A stretch of DNA of 64,000 bases from an uncultured Verrucomicrobiae bacterium. GTDB lineage: Bacteria; Verrucomicrobiota; Verrucomicrobiia; Opitutales; JABDGR01. The notes under the pieces were generated by a model. That model was not told the origin of the DNA. It made no database searches and saw only the letters and a program-made list of their open reading frames with translations. This document shows, one piece after another, positions 1 through 10,596 of this stretch. Position numbers and translations under genes: made by a program. The number at the start of each line of letters is the position of its first letter. The first letter of the stretch is position 1. The DNA is taken from NCBI GenBank assembly GCA_963765205.1, contig CAVXVB010000009.1, forward strand, positions 160,001-224,000, in the 5' to 3' direction.

Positions 1-1466
1 TCGCCGGGGCGCGCGCATTGCGTGGCGTGGACTTTGATTTGCAGGCCGGCGAGGTCCACGCCCTGCTCGGCGAAAATGGCGCAGGCAAATCCACCTTGAT
101 CAAGGTCGTCACCGGTGCGCACCAGCCGGACAGCGGCACCATGGAGATTGCCGGCCAGCGCGTGGAAAAACTCACACCGGCATTGGCGCGGGGCCTGGGC
201 ATCGCGTGCATTTACCAGCAGCCCGCGCTGTTCCCCGACCTGACGGTCGCGGAAAATATCGGCCTGCGCCTGGAGCCGGCCCGCCCGCTGCGCGGCGTGG
301 ACTGGGCGGGACGCCGCGCGCGCGCCGCGGAGCTTTTGCACCGCATTGGCGCGAACATTTCACCCGACCGCGAAGTGCGCGCGCTCTCAATGCCCGAGCA
401 GCAGCTCGTGGAAATTGCGTGCGCGCTCGGCTCCGGCGCGCGCATCGTCATCATGGACGAGCCGACGGCCTCGCTCACGCAAAAGGAGCAGCACCTGCTG
501 TTTGCCGTGGTGCGCGAGTTGCGCAAATCGGGCGTGGGGGTCATTTACATCTCGCACCGCCTGGAGGAAATTTTCCAGTTGGCCGACCGCGTCACCGTGT
601 TGCGCGATGGCGAGAGCGTCGGCGTCAACGCGGTGGACGACATTAACGAAACTATCCTCATACGGATGATGGTCGGGCGCGAAATGTCGAATATTTATCC
701 GCCGAGCGAATCCGCGCCAGGCGAGGTCGTGGTGGAATTGCGCAACGTGGGCTGTGCGGCGTCGGGCGTGCGGGGGGTGAATTTGCAGGTGCGCGCGGGC
801 GAAGTGCTGGGCCTGGCCGGGCTGGTCGGCGCGGGGCGCACGGAACTGGGCCGTGTGCTCTTTGGCCTGACGCCCGCCGATGCCGGGGAGATTTTGCTCA
901 ATGGCAAAGCTTTGACGATCCATTCGCCGGCGGAAGCCGTCGCGCAGAGGATTGCGTATGTGCCGGAAGACCGGCGGCGGCATGGGGTAATTTTGGAAAT
1001 GCCCATCGCGCAAAACATGACGATGGCGATTCACCGGCGGATTTTTCCGGGGATGTGGCTGCGCCTGGGCGCGGAACGGCGGCTGGCGCTTGATTACATC
1101 CGCGATTTGGGCGTGAAAACCTCCGGTCCCGACGCGCCGGGCAGCTCGCTGTCCGGGGGCAACCAGCAAAAAGTGTCGTTGGCGCGGTGGCTGGCGACCA
1201 AGCCGAAGCTGCTGATTCTCGACGAGCCAACGCAGGGCGTGGACGTGGGCGCGAAGAGCGAAATTCATAAAATCATCCGGCGGCTGGCGAAGGCAGGCCT
1301 GGCGGTGATTATGATCTCGAGCGACCTGCCGGAAGTGCTCGGCATGAGCGACCGCATCGGCGTGATGCGCGGCGGAGAATTGGTTTCGATTTTGCCGGGA
1401 AAATCCGACGCCCACACGGTGATGGCGGCGGCGTTGGGGCAGAAGGACAAAGGAGGGGCGGGATGA
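1..1466 (+). CDS. Sugar (CUT2) ABC transporter ATP-binding protein, 5'-truncated by window edge
   Basis: Walker A GENGAGKST, tandem ABC domains, LSGGNQQKV signature, DEPT motifs; frame is open to the window start. Confidence 0.95.
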   Translation, partial: AGARALRGVDFDLQAGEVHALLGENGAGKSTLIKVVTGAHQPDSGTMEIAGQRVEKLTPALARGLGIACIYQQPALFPDLTVAENIGLRLEPARPLRGVDWAGRRARAAELLHRIGANISPDREVRALSMPEQQLVEIACALGSGARIVIMDEPTASLTQKEQHLLFAVVRELRKSGVGVIYISHRLEEIFQLADRVTVLRDGESVGVNAVDDINETILIRMMVGREMSNIYPPSESAPGEVVVELRNVGCAASGVRGVNLQVRAGEVLGLAGLVGAGRTELGRVLFGLTPADAGEILLNGKALTIHSPAEAVAQRIAYVPEDRRRHGVILEMPIAQNMTMAIHRRIFPGMWLRLGAERRLALDYIRDLGVKTSGPDAPGSSLSGGNQQKVSLARWLATKPKLLILDEPTQGVDVGAKSEIHKIIRRLAKAGLAVIMISSDLPEVLGMSDRIGVMRGGELVSILPGKSDAHTVMAAALGQKDKGGAG

Positions 1467-2389
1467 AACGCTATTTTCGCGAGTGGTCGGTGGCGGGGGC
1501 GCTGGGCGTGATGCTCATCGCGCTGGCGGTTTTCGCGCCGCGGTTTTATGAGGGGCAGCCGCTGCTGTCGCGGTTGACGGACGCGGCGCCGTCGCTGGTG
1601 ATCGCGTGCGGGATGGCGCTGGTTATCATCAGCCGGCAGATTGATATTTCCGTGGGCTCGCAATTCGCCGTCTGCGGGACGTGCGGCGGGCTGCTGCTGG
1701 CGCACGGGTGGCCGGCGGCGGCGGTGATTCCGGTGTGCATCGCGCTGGGGGCGCTGCTGGGGGCGTTCAATGGCGCGCTCATCGCCGGCCTCGGCTTGCC
1801 GTCCATCGTCGTGACGCTCGCGATGATGGTGACGTGGCGCGAAGCCTTGCGCTGGCAGCGCCAGGGCGTATTGATCAACATTAGTTCCAAGCAATGGTTT
1901 GGCCTGAGCCAGGCGGAAGGGCAATGGACGATCATTGCCGGTTCGCTCATTATCCTCGTCGCGGTGGCGGCGGCGATGAAGCACCTGGCGGCCGGGCGTT
2001 TCGTGTATGCCGTGGGCGCAGACGCCGAGGCGGCGCGGCTGGCGGGCATCCGGCCGCGGCTGGTGACTTTTTTGACTTTTATTTTCCTGGGCGCTCTGAC
2101 GGGACTGGCGGCGATGATGTTTAGCGTGCAATCACTGCAAGTGGATCCGAATGCCGGCAACGGGCTGGAATTGCGCGTGATTGCGGCGGTGGTGGTCGGC
2201 GGGGTGTCCATTTCTGGCGGGCGCGGGAATTTGTGGGGCGTGCTGGCGGGGCTGCTGCTGCTGGCCTGCATCAGCCCCGCGCTCACCTATTTTGGCATTG
2301 AAGCCTACTGGGAAAAAGCCATCCAGGGCGCCATCATCCTGCTCGCGGTCGTGGCCGACGGCCTGCGGAGCCGGAAAACGCAACATTGA
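1463..2389 (+). CDS. Sugar ABC transporter permease
   Basis: RbsC-type motifs IDISVGS and GLELRVIAAVVVGGVSISGGRG; ATGA overlap with upstream gene. Confidence 0.95.
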   Translation: MKRYFREWSVAGALGVMLIALAVFAPRFYEGQPLLSRLTDAAPSLVIACGMALVIISRQIDISVGSQFAVCGTCGGLLLAHGWPAAAVIPVCIALGALLGAFNGALIAGLGLPSIVVTLAMMVTWREALRWQRQGVLINISSKQWFGLSQAEGQWTIIAGSLIILVAVAAAMKHLAAGRFVYAVGADAEAARLAGIRPRLVTFLTFIFLGALTGLAAMMFSVQSLQVDPNAGNGLELRVIAAVVVGGVSISGGRGNLWGVLAGLLLLACISPALTYFGIEAYWEKAIQGAIILLAVVADGLRSRKTQH

Positions 2390-3453
2390 AACCTGCCATG
2401 CCTGCATCCACACACAAATCCGGCGGCGTCAAGGCTGTGTTCCGCAGCCACGAATTTATCCTGTTCGTGGTGTTGGTGGCGGAGTGGGTATTTTTCTACT
2501 TCGCGGGCACGTCAAAAAATTTCAGCGGCCACACCATCGGCTTCGGGACGGTAGACGCGCAATTCGACATTCTGCGCCATTCGTGCGAAATCGGGCTGCT
2601 CGCGCTGGTGATGACACCCATCATTCTGACCGGCGGGATTGACTTATCCGTTGGCTCGGTGCTGGGATTCAGCGCGGTGGTGTTCGGCAAGTTATGGCGC
2701 GACGGGCACCTGCCGATTGAGGTCGCGATGCTGGGCGCCTTGGGCGGCGGCGCACTGGCGGGCGGCGTGAACGCGGGGCTAATCACCTGGCTGCGCCTGC
2801 CGCCGCTCATCGTCACCCTGGGCACCTATTCGCTTTTTCGCGGGCTGGCCGAAGCCATCGCGCACGACGGGGACACGTTCACCGGCTTCCCCACCTCGTT
2901 CATTAATCTCGGCAACGAACGCTGGTTGGGGATGCCGGAACAATTGCCGATTTTTGTGGTAGTGGCCATCGCGGTCTGGCTGCTGGTGCACCGCACGACG
3001 TTCGGCCGCTCGTTCCGCGCAATAGGCTTTGCGCCGGAGGGCGCGCGCTATGCGGGGCTGCCAGTCAACCGGCGGCTGGTGTTGGCCTATGTGCTGGCCG
3101 GCGTGGTGTCGGCGTTGGCGGGCATCATCTATACGGCGCGCCTTGGCCAGGCGAAGGCCGATGACGGCACGGGCTACGAACTTTTTGCCATCACAGCGGT
3201 GGTGCTGGGCGGCACCAGCATCTTCGGCGGCACCGGCAGCGTGCAGGGCACGCTGCTGGGCGTGGCGGCGGTGGCCGTGCTAACCGATGGCTTGAGCCTG
3301 GCCCATTGGCCGCGCGAAGTCGGCGGCATGTTGACCGGGGTGCTGCTCATCCTGACCCTCACCGTGAGTGTGTTGCCAAAAATCTTGTCAAACCGCCGGT
3401 CCTCCCATCAGACTGCCCCTTCCACCCCTCAACCCTCCCCACCCTCCCTATGA
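2386..3453 (+). CDS. Sugar ABC transporter permease (second subunit)
   Basis: GGIDLSVGS and YELFAITAVVLGGTSIFGGTGS; start could be ATG 2398. Confidence 0.93.
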   Translation: MKPAMPASTHKSGGVKAVFRSHEFILFVVLVAEWVFFYFAGTSKNFSGHTIGFGTVDAQFDILRHSCEIGLLALVMTPIILTGGIDLSVGSVLGFSAVVFGKLWRDGHLPIEVAMLGALGGGALAGGVNAGLITWLRLPPLIVTLGTYSLFRGLAEAIAHDGDTFTGFPTSFINLGNERWLGMPEQLPIFVVVAIAVWLLVHRTTFGRSFRAIGFAPEGARYAGLPVNRRLVLAYVLAGVVSALAGIIYTARLGQAKADDGTGYELFAITAVVLGGTSIFGGTGSVQGTLLGVAAVAVLTDGLSLAHWPREVGGMLTGVLLILTLTVSVLPKILSNRRSSHQTAPSTPQPSPPSL

Positions 3454-4493
3454 AACGGATTCTCGCCCTGCTCGTTGCCACCGGTCTTATTTTGTCCGGC
3501 TGCGGCAAAAGTGACACCAGTTCCACCCCGGCGGCCACGCCTTCCACAGCTTCCACGCCCGCGGCCTCCGCGCCCAGCGGCGGCGGCAAGAAGCTCACCA
3601 TCGGTTTGCTGCCCAAATCCAAGGGTAATTCTTATTTCGTCTCTTGCGCGAAAGGCGCCCAAACGGCGGCGGACGCTCTGGGTGATACGCTCATCTTTGA
3701 CGGTCCGACCACGGACGACGCCGGCAAACAAAATGAAATCGTGGACAACTGGATCAACTCCGGCGTGGATGTCATCGCCGTCGCCGCGGATAACAAGGAC
3801 GGCATCTCCACCGCGCTGCGCCAGGCGGAGGCCAAGGGCATTAAAGTCATCAGCTTCGACGCCGACGTGCTGCCCGACGCCCGCACGTTTTTCGTGAACC
3901 AAGCCACGCCGCAGGGCATCGGCTACAAACTGATGGATGAGGCGGCGCGCCTGTGTGGTAATACTGGCGAATTCGCCATCATCACCGGCTGCCTCACCGC
4001 CGACAATCAAAACGCGTGGAGAAAATACATTGAAGAGGACCTCGCTAAAAATTACCCCAACATGAAGGAAGTGGACTTCCGTCCCTCGAATGACGACGCC
4101 GCCATCGCCCAGTCCGTCGCCACGACCCTGATGAGCGCGCATCCCAACCTCAAACTTATCATGGCTATTTCCTCCAAAGCGGTCCCCGCCACGGCGGAAG
4201 CCGTCAAGCAGGCCGGCAAAATCGGCCAGGTGCACGTCATCGGCCTCGGCCTGCCCAGCGAAAACAAGGACTACGTTGATGCCGGCATCACCGACAGTGT
4301 CATCCTCTGGAAAACGGTGGACCTCGGCGCCCTCACCATTCAGGTCGCGGACGCTTTGGCCAAAGGCACGCTCAAGCCCGGCGACAAGGAATTCAAGGTT
4401 GGCGACAAATCCTATAAAATTGACGGGGACAACGTCCTCCTCGGCGAGCCGTTCGTTTTCAACAAGAGCAATATTGACCAGCAAGATTTTTAA
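3450..4493 (+). CDS. Sugar ABC substrate-binding lipoprotein (RhaS/LsrB-like)
   Basis: MKRILALL...LSGC lipobox, Ser/Thr/Pro linker, PK..N.YF motif and LWKTVDLG typical of rhamnose/AI-2 type binding proteins. Confidence 0.9.
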   Translation: MKRILALLVATGLILSGCGKSDTSSTPAATPSTASTPAASAPSGGGKKLTIGLLPKSKGNSYFVSCAKGAQTAADALGDTLIFDGPTTDDAGKQNEIVDNWINSGVDVIAVAADNKDGISTALRQAEAKGIKVISFDADVLPDARTFFVNQATPQGIGYKLMDEAARLCGNTGEFAIITGCLTADNQNAWRKYIEEDLAKNYPNMKEVDFRPSNDDAAIAQSVATTLMSAHPNLKLIMAISSKAVPATAEAVKQAGKIGQVHVIGLGLPSENKDYVDAGITDSVILWKTVDLGALTIQVADALAKGTLKPGDKEFKVGDKSYKIDGDNVLLGEPFVFNKSNIDQQDF

Positions 4494-4588
4494 GCCGAGG
4501 GGTCCGCCGGTAGTTTTAACGAGCAGCAAATATGTCGGGGTGGGTTTTTAGTCTTCATCCTTCATCCCTCATCCGTCATCCTTCCTCA

Positions 4589-5701
4589 ATGCGTTTGCTG
4601 GACAGGTATATTTTGGCGGAATGGCTGAAGGCCCTCGGGCTGGCCGTGGGCGCGACGCTGGCCGTGCTGGTGCTCGAGGACATGTATAGTAATCTGGGCG
4701 GCTTGCTGGCGGATGGTGCGCATGGTCGCGACGTGTTGGTTTATTACCGTCTGCTGCTGCCGGGCTTCGTGCCGGCGGTGCTGCCGATGAGCCAGTTGGT
4801 CGCGCTGCTGTTCGCCGTGGGCAATTTGCACCGCAACCAGGAAATCACGGCGATGCGGGCGGCGGGGCTGAGCCTGTGGCGCATTGCGCGGCCGTTATGG
4901 ATCGGCGGCGCGGTGCTGGCGGTGCTGCTGGGGTGGTTCGATGCGGCCATCGTGCCGGGTTCCGTCGAGCAATCGCGCGCATTCCGCGACAATCTCCACG
5001 TCGCCGCCCAACACCGCGCCAACCCCGCCAGCGACGCGGGCGCCGTCCAGCAACTGACTTACGACAACGCCCCGGCCAATCGCTTCTGGTTTATTGACAG
5101 TTACGACAAACAGACCCACCTGGCCCACGGCATCCACGTCAACGAACTCAACCCGGACGGCCACGACTTGCGCGCCATCTACGCCGGGGAGGGTCGTTTT
5201 GATGATGCAACCGGCCACTGGGTGCTCAACGCCGGCCGGGTCATCACCTTCAATAAAACCGATCGCAGCGTGCTGCGCAGCCAGCCCTTCGACCAGGCAA
5301 CGCCCTTCACTGATTTGACGGAAAACCCCGTCACCATGCTGAATCTGCACCGGGATCCCACCGACCTGTCGGTGGACGAACTGGGCAAAACCATGACGCA
5401 AGCCCCATCGGCCAACCCGATGCTGGATTCGTTCGCCGTGCAGTATTACACGATATTATCCAAACCGCTGATTTGCCTGCTGCTGGTTGGGCTGGCGGTG
5501 CCGTTTGCGGTCGCAGGGGTGCGCGCGAACCCGATGGTCGGCGCCTCGAAGGCGGTGGGCCTGTTTTTTGCCTATTATCTGGTGACGGGCGTGAGCACCC
5601 ACCTCGGCAACCAGCATTACCTGCCCGCGCTGGTGGCGGCGTGGCTGCCCATCGCGCTGATGCTCGGCGTGGCGCTGGGGCTGTTCCGGCGGGCGGCGTG
5701 A
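4589..5701 (+). CDS. LptF/LptG family LPS export permease
   Basis: MRLLDRYI start, EITAMRAAGLSLWRIARP motif, 3 TM + periplasmic region + 3 TM, LPALVAAWLP end. Confidence 0.9.
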   Translation: MRLLDRYILAEWLKALGLAVGATLAVLVLEDMYSNLGGLLADGAHGRDVLVYYRLLLPGFVPAVLPMSQLVALLFAVGNLHRNQEITAMRAAGLSLWRIARPLWIGGAVLAVLLGWFDAAIVPGSVEQSRAFRDNLHVAAQHRANPASDAGAVQQLTYDNAPANRFWFIDSYDKQTHLAHGIHVNELNPDGHDLRAIYAGEGRFDDATGHWVLNAGRVITFNKTDRSVLRSQPFDQATPFTDLTENPVTMLNLHRDPTDLSVDELGKTMTQAPSANPMLDSFAVQYYTILSKPLICLLLVGLAVPFAVAGVRANPMVGASKAVGLFFAYYLVTGVSTHLGNQHYLPALVAAWLPIALMLGVALGLFRRAA

Positions 5702-5789
5702 GGTGAATAATGGAAAATGGAAAAAATTATCCGGCTCGACTGTTTCAGGTCTTTTTCCCATCTTCCATCTTTCATTTTCCATTCTCCTG

Positions 5790-6962
5790 ATGCACTCTCT
5801 CCGCCTCCGGCCCCATGCTCCCGCCCGCGTTTTGCGCGGGCACCCATGGGTGTTTGCGGGTGAATTGAACGCGGTCGTTCGGCCGGAGGCGCACGGCCAC
5901 GCCGCCGTGCTGCGTGACGCGCGCGGGCGGCCGCTCGGCGCCGGGCTGTGCAGCGCGCGCTCGGCCATTGCCTGGCGGCGTTACAGTTACGAGCCGGTGC
6001 CGTTTGACCGGAAATTTATGGACCATGCGCTCGCCGCCGCGCTGGCGCACCGCGACGCGGCGGGCGCGAGCGGCCCGGTGCGCCGACTCGTCTGGTCGGA
6101 AGCCGACCACTTGCCGGGCCTGGTGGTGGACCAATATGGCCCGGCGCTGGTCGTGCAATCGCTGACCACGGGCATCGAAAACGCGCTGCCGGAAATTTGC
6201 GCGGCGCTTGAGGCACGCTTCGCGCCAGAGGAAATTATCTTGCGCAACGACGCACCCGCGCGCCGGCACGAGGGCCTGCCGCTCGAAGCCCGCACGCTTT
6301 CCGACCTCCCCTACCCCGCCCGCTGGCTCGCCATTGACGGTCTGGAATACTTCGTGGATTTGCTGGGCGCGCAGAAGACCGGTTTTTACCTCGACCAGCG
6401 CGCGCAGCACCGGCGCGTGGCGGATTTCGCACGGGGGCGCCGCGTGCTCGACGGCTGCTGCAACCAGGGCGCGTTCGCCCTGCAATGCGCCAAGGCGGGG
6501 GCGCAGAGCGTGCTCGGCGTGGACAGCTCGGCGGCGAGCGCCGCCCAGGCCACGCAAAACGCCGCGCATAATAATCTCGCGGAAATCGCGCAATTTGAAA
6601 CCGCGAACTTGTTCGATTGGTTCACGGCGCGCAAGGACGCGCACAGCCAATTTGACTTGATTGTGCTCGACCCACCGTCGTTCGCGCCCAAGCGCGGCGC
6701 GTTGGCTGGGGCGATGCGCGGCTACAAGGAACTGAACCTGCGCGCTTTGCGCCTGCTCGCGCCCGGCGGCATCCTCGCCACCTATTGTTGCAGCCAGAAC
6801 GTCTCGACCTCGGCTTTCCTCGACACCGTGGCCGACGCCGCGGCGGATGCCCATCGGGAAACCCGCCTCCTCGAAGTCACCGCCCAGCCGCTCGACCACC
6901 CGGTTTTGCTCAGTTGCCCCGAAACACATTATTTGAAAGGCGCAATTGTCGAGGTGGAGTGA
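5790..6962 (+). CDS. rlmI: Class I SAM-dependent rRNA methyltransferase (RlmI-like, PUA domain)
   Basis: GHPWVF, EADHLPGLVVDQY, QKTGFYLDQR, DLIVLDPPSF, ETHYLK. Confidence 0.85.
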   Translation: MHSLRLRPHAPARVLRGHPWVFAGELNAVVRPEAHGHAAVLRDARGRPLGAGLCSARSAIAWRRYSYEPVPFDRKFMDHALAAALAHRDAAGASGPVRRLVWSEADHLPGLVVDQYGPALVVQSLTTGIENALPEICAALEARFAPEEIILRNDAPARRHEGLPLEARTLSDLPYPARWLAIDGLEYFVDLLGAQKTGFYLDQRAQHRRVADFARGRRVLDGCCNQGAFALQCAKAGAQSVLGVDSSAASAAQATQNAAHNNLAEIAQFETANLFDWFTARKDAHSQFDLIVLDPPSFAPKRGALAGAMRGYKELNLRALRLLAPGGILATYCCSQNVSTSAFLDTVADAAADAHRETRLLEVTAQPLDHPVLLSCPETHYLKGAIVEVE

Positions 6963-7031
6963 AGGCGAGATGCTGGCTACATTTACATTTTCCTCCTTGC
7001 GTTCAGTCATTTCTTATCAGCATACTTTGCT

Positions 7032-7822
7032 GTGAAAAACAACCTTCTGTTTCTAATTCCCATCGGGATCCTCGTGATTTTCCTAGACGCCTGCGGTAGA
7101 AATTCAAACGCTGAAAACCAGCCTCAAGCGATGACCAAAGACGATATCAAAGCCATGATAATTGCAAGGGACGTTCAGCCATCGGCGGAAGCGCTGGCAA
7201 GGAAAGAAAAGTCTAACAATCTACTTGATCAAAAACATGTTCCGATTCTCCCAAGCTTGCCAGTAATAGAAGATTCTCTTTCGGCCAAAATAAGATCAAA
7301 AGAAGAGATCGCACATCGCGCAATTGCACTTTGCATAGTGGCGGTGAAGGGGGAAGGACTGGAACAAACAACTGTGCAAAAACTGATAACACGCTACGAC
7401 GCGCAAAATTATTTTACTCCGGCTGAAAAAAGTTCATTGAGGACACTTCCCCAACACAGCTGGATCGCGCCAATTTCAGCTGGCGATACGAAGGCTATTG
7501 GGTTCTGCTTTGGGCTTTGGGTTATGTTGATACCCTGGATTACCCGGATAAAGTCTGTGACGTTACGAAGGCTGTAAAAATTCTTAATGACGTATTGGCC
7601 AAGAAATTCATCGCAAATGCCCATCTTCGCCAGCTATCAGAAATTCTTGATCAGACGGATTTTATCTATCGCTACGATTGGGCGACTGTAAATGCGAGAA
7701 TCAAAAAACTAACTGCACCTGCGGGCCTCGATGCAGGCGTGGTGATGGAACGGCATCGTGCGCTCAACTGGTTAATTGGCTATATGAATCAGGATTGGGA
7801 CAACGTGACGACGGACACATGA
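7032..7822 (+). pseudogene. DUF4272-like protein split by a frameshift at the A-run 7426-7431 (pseudogene or sequencing error)
   Basis: Adding one A joins ...FTPAEK to KFIEDTSPTQLDRANFSWRYEGYWVLLWALGY...VVMERHRALNWLIGY..QDWDNVTTDT; AT-richer than flanks. Confidence 0.75.
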
Positions 7823-7843
7823 TCATGTTGGTCACTGCGTGTC

Positions 7844-10390
7844 TCACCGCCACTCGTGCCTTGGATACCGCCCACGCAAATCTTTTTTGACTTGTTCGTA
7901 GGAATTGGCCCAGAAGGCGGCGAGGTCGGTAGTGATTTGGACGGGGCGGCCGTTGGGGGCAAGCAATTCAATGGTCATCGGGAACTGGCCGCTAAGCACG
8001 CGGAGTTTTTTGGCGTCCACGTCGTAGAACTCCTGCACTTTCGCGGAGATGACGCACTGGCCGTCGGCGGTGTAGCGGAGGACGGCGGGGCGCTTTTTGC
8101 GCGGCAAAATAAATTCGCGCGGGGCCATCGTTTCGAGGGCGAGCAACTGCTCGGCGGAGAGCCAGCCGCGCAGGGCGGGCAGCACGGGGCGCTCGCGGGC
8201 CTCGCGCGCGGAGGTCGCGCCGTGGCAGATTTCCTCGATGAGCGCTTGGCGGCCTTCGTCGTCAATCGCGGGGATGCCCAGCTCCGGCGCGCGCTTGGCG
8301 AGAAAATTCACGCGGGCGATGAAGGACTCGGCCTCCTCGTCCCAGTTTTTCAACTCGATGCGCTTGGCCAGCACCTCCGCAGCGAGCAGGCGGGCGGCGG
8401 CGTCGGGCGCGGGGTCGGGAGCCTCGCGGGCTTCGAGCACGAGGTCGCGGAACCCGCGCTCGACGCGGCGCACGACGCGTTTTTGCACGGGGTCATAAAC
8501 CGTCTCGTCGCCCTCGGAAAAATCGCCGGGGAACAGGTCGCGCAGCCAGCTTTCCTCGACCTTGGTGGCGAGGCCGAGCAGGACGGCGACCTCGCCGCGC
8601 GCGTGCGTTTCCTCGACGTCGGCGGCGACGAGCAGGCGCGCGTGGCGCACGGCGCTCTGGCGGCGCAGTTCGCCGCGCCGGTGGTGGACGAGGCGGCAGC
8701 GGAGCGTGCCGAGGTCCTCGCGCAGCGCGAGCTGGTCGCTGAAGCCGGCGAGGAGGCAGCGGCGCACGGCCTCTTCGTCGAGGGTGCGCGGCGCGGTGTC
8801 GAGTTGCTGGGCCTCGGCCAGGCGCAGGAATTGGCGCGCCAGCTCGGCGGCCTGTGAAGCCGCGAGACCGTGCAAACCCCACTGGCGGCACCAATCGGGG
8901 TCGAAATTTTTCGCGCGGCCCATTTCCCAGAGGCGCAGGAGGTGAAAAAAATCGGAGTCCGCGTCGCCAAGCATTTCCGCGCGCTGCTCGTCGCGGCGCG
9001 GGTCGTGGAGCGGGCGGAGCAAATTGCACCCCTGGGTGAACGCCGCGAGTAGCGCGACGGCGGGCAGGCAACCGCGTTCGTGCGCGTCGAGGAACATGCG
9101 CGAGTAGCGCGGATGCACGGGGAACGCCGCCATGCGCCGGCCGCGCGCGGTGGCCGCGCCCGCGTCGTCGAGCGCACCGAGGTCGCGCAGGAGCAGGCGC
9201 GCGCGGGCCAGGGCGGCGGGGGGCGGGGGTTCGAGCCAGGCGAGTTTTTCGAGGTCGTGAAAGCCGCCGGCGGCGAGGGAGAGGACGCTCTCGGCCAAAT
9301 CCACGCGCTGCATTTCCGGCGTGTCGTGCAGCGGGCGGTGGGTGTGCTCGCGCTCGCCCCAGAGGCGCACGACGCGGCCCGGCGCGGTGCGGCCCGCGCG
9401 GCCAGCGCGTTGGTCGGCGCTGGCTTGCGAGATGTTTTCGATCAGGAGCGTGTCAATGCCCCGGCGCGGGTCGAAGCGGGCGACGCGCGCCTGGCCCGCG
9501 TCCACCACGAGCGTGACGCCGTCAATGGTGAGCGAGGTTTCGGCGACGTTGGTAGAGACGATGACCTTGCGGCGGCCAGGCGACGCGGGCGCGACGGCGC
9601 GGTCCTGCTCGGCGGCGGCCAATTGTCCGTGCAAGGGCAGCAAGAGGCAATCACGCGCGGCGGGGACGCCTTGGAGCGCGCCGATCGTGCGGCTGATTTC
9701 ATAGGCGCCGGGCATGAAAATCAGGCAGTCGCCCTCGGGGTTTTCCTCGAGCAGGCGCCCGCAGTGCCACGCGGCTTGGTCCCACGCGGGCTTGTCGGCC
9801 ACGGCGCGGGCCTGCGCGGAATACTCGATGACGATGGGATAGGTGCGCCCTTCGCAGGTCAGCGTCTCGCTGGGCTGGAGCCAGGCGGCGAGGCCCGCGG
9901 CGTCGAGCGTGGCGGACATGACGACCAGCAGCAAGTCCGGCCGCACGGTTTCCTGGGCGCGGCGGGCGAGCGCGAGCGACAGGTCGGTGCTCAAATGCCG
10001 TTCGTGAAATTCGTCGAAAACAATCGCCGCGACGCCCGGCAGCTTCGGGTTCTCTAGAAGCTGCCGGAGCAAAATCCCCTCCGTGACGAAGCGGATGCGC
10101 GTGCGCGCGGAGACGACGCGGTCAAACCGGATTTGAAAGCCGACCTCCCCGCCGAGAGGAGACTGGCGCTCCTCGGCCACACGCTTGGCCAGCAGCCGCG
10201 CCGCCAGCCGCCGGGGCTGGAGCACGATGACCTCGCCGCCTTCGGCCAGCTTTTCATCGAGCAGCAATTGGGGCACCTGGGTGGACTTGCCCGAGCCGGT
10301 AGGCGCCTGGATGACAATGCGCCGCACGCGCCCGGCCGCCGCGCGCAGGGCGGGGCGCAGTTGCTGGATGGGGAGGGAGGAGGGGGGCAT
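7844..10390 (-). CDS. hrpB: ATP-dependent RNA helicase HrpB
   Basis: APTGSGKST, DEFH, MSAT, STNVAETSLTI, QRAGRAGR, C-terminal ELLAPNGRPVQIT...GRYPRHEW. Confidence 0.95.
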   Translation of the reverse strand: MPPSSLPIQQLRPALRAAAGRVRRIVIQAPTGSGKSTQVPQLLLDEKLAEGGEVIVLQPRRLAARLLAKRVAEERQSPLGGEVGFQIRFDRVVSARTRIRFVTEGILLRQLLENPKLPGVAAIVFDEFHERHLSTDLSLALARRAQETVRPDLLLVVMSATLDAAGLAAWLQPSETLTCEGRTYPIVIEYSAQARAVADKPAWDQAAWHCGRLLEENPEGDCLIFMPGAYEISRTIGALQGVPAARDCLLLPLHGQLAAAEQDRAVAPASPGRRKVIVSTNVAETSLTIDGVTLVVDAGQARVARFDPRRGIDTLLIENISQASADQRAGRAGRTAPGRVVRLWGEREHTHRPLHDTPEMQRVDLAESVLSLAAGGFHDLEKLAWLEPPPPAALARARLLLRDLGALDDAGAATARGRRMAAFPVHPRYSRMFLDAHERGCLPAVALLAAFTQGCNLLRPLHDPRRDEQRAEMLGDADSDFFHLLRLWEMGRAKNFDPDWCRQWGLHGLAASQAAELARQFLRLAEAQQLDTAPRTLDEEAVRRCLLAGFSDQLALREDLGTLRCRLVHHRRGELRRQSAVRHARLLVAADVEETHARGEVAVLLGLATKVEESWLRDLFPGDFSEGDETVYDPVQKRVVRRVERGFRDLVLEAREAPDPAPDAAARLLAAEVLAKRIELKNWDEEAESFIARVNFLAKRAPELGIPAIDDEGRQALIEEICHGATSAREARERPVLPALRGWLSAEQLLALETMAPREFILPRKKRPAVLRYTADGQCVISAKVQEFYDVDAKKLRVLSGQFPMTIELLAPNGRPVQITTDLAAFWANSYEQVKKDLRGRYPRHEWR

Positions 10391-10596
10391 TATAGAGGAA
10401 TAGAAGATGGAAAATGGAAGATGGAAAAATAAGATGCCGGAGGCAGGAAAGAGGGGAGTTGGAAGAAGGGGACGCTGGATACAGGGAAGAAAGTGAATGG
10501 ACGGATGGAAAGGAGGAAAATGGAAGAGAGAAGAAAAAAAGACGAGCGCGTTCCTGCTTGCGGTATCCCTTCCTTGGTTCTTGTATGAAGCCCGCC

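Noticed and set aside
7856..10057. Long plus-strand ORFs antisense to hrpB (likewise 14065-15099, 24857-26524, 34287-35498, 44802-46151, 48400-49761)
   Set aside because: Shadow ORFs expected from high-GC codon bias opposite well-supported genes; no recognisable motifs
10414..10596. N-terminal extensions predicted by the ORF track (also 3306, 4532, 5703, 16734, 22050, 35332, 26761, 55585, 58491)
   Set aside because: Extensions run through intergenic repeats or neighbouring genes; family motifs begin at the downstream ATGs used in the features
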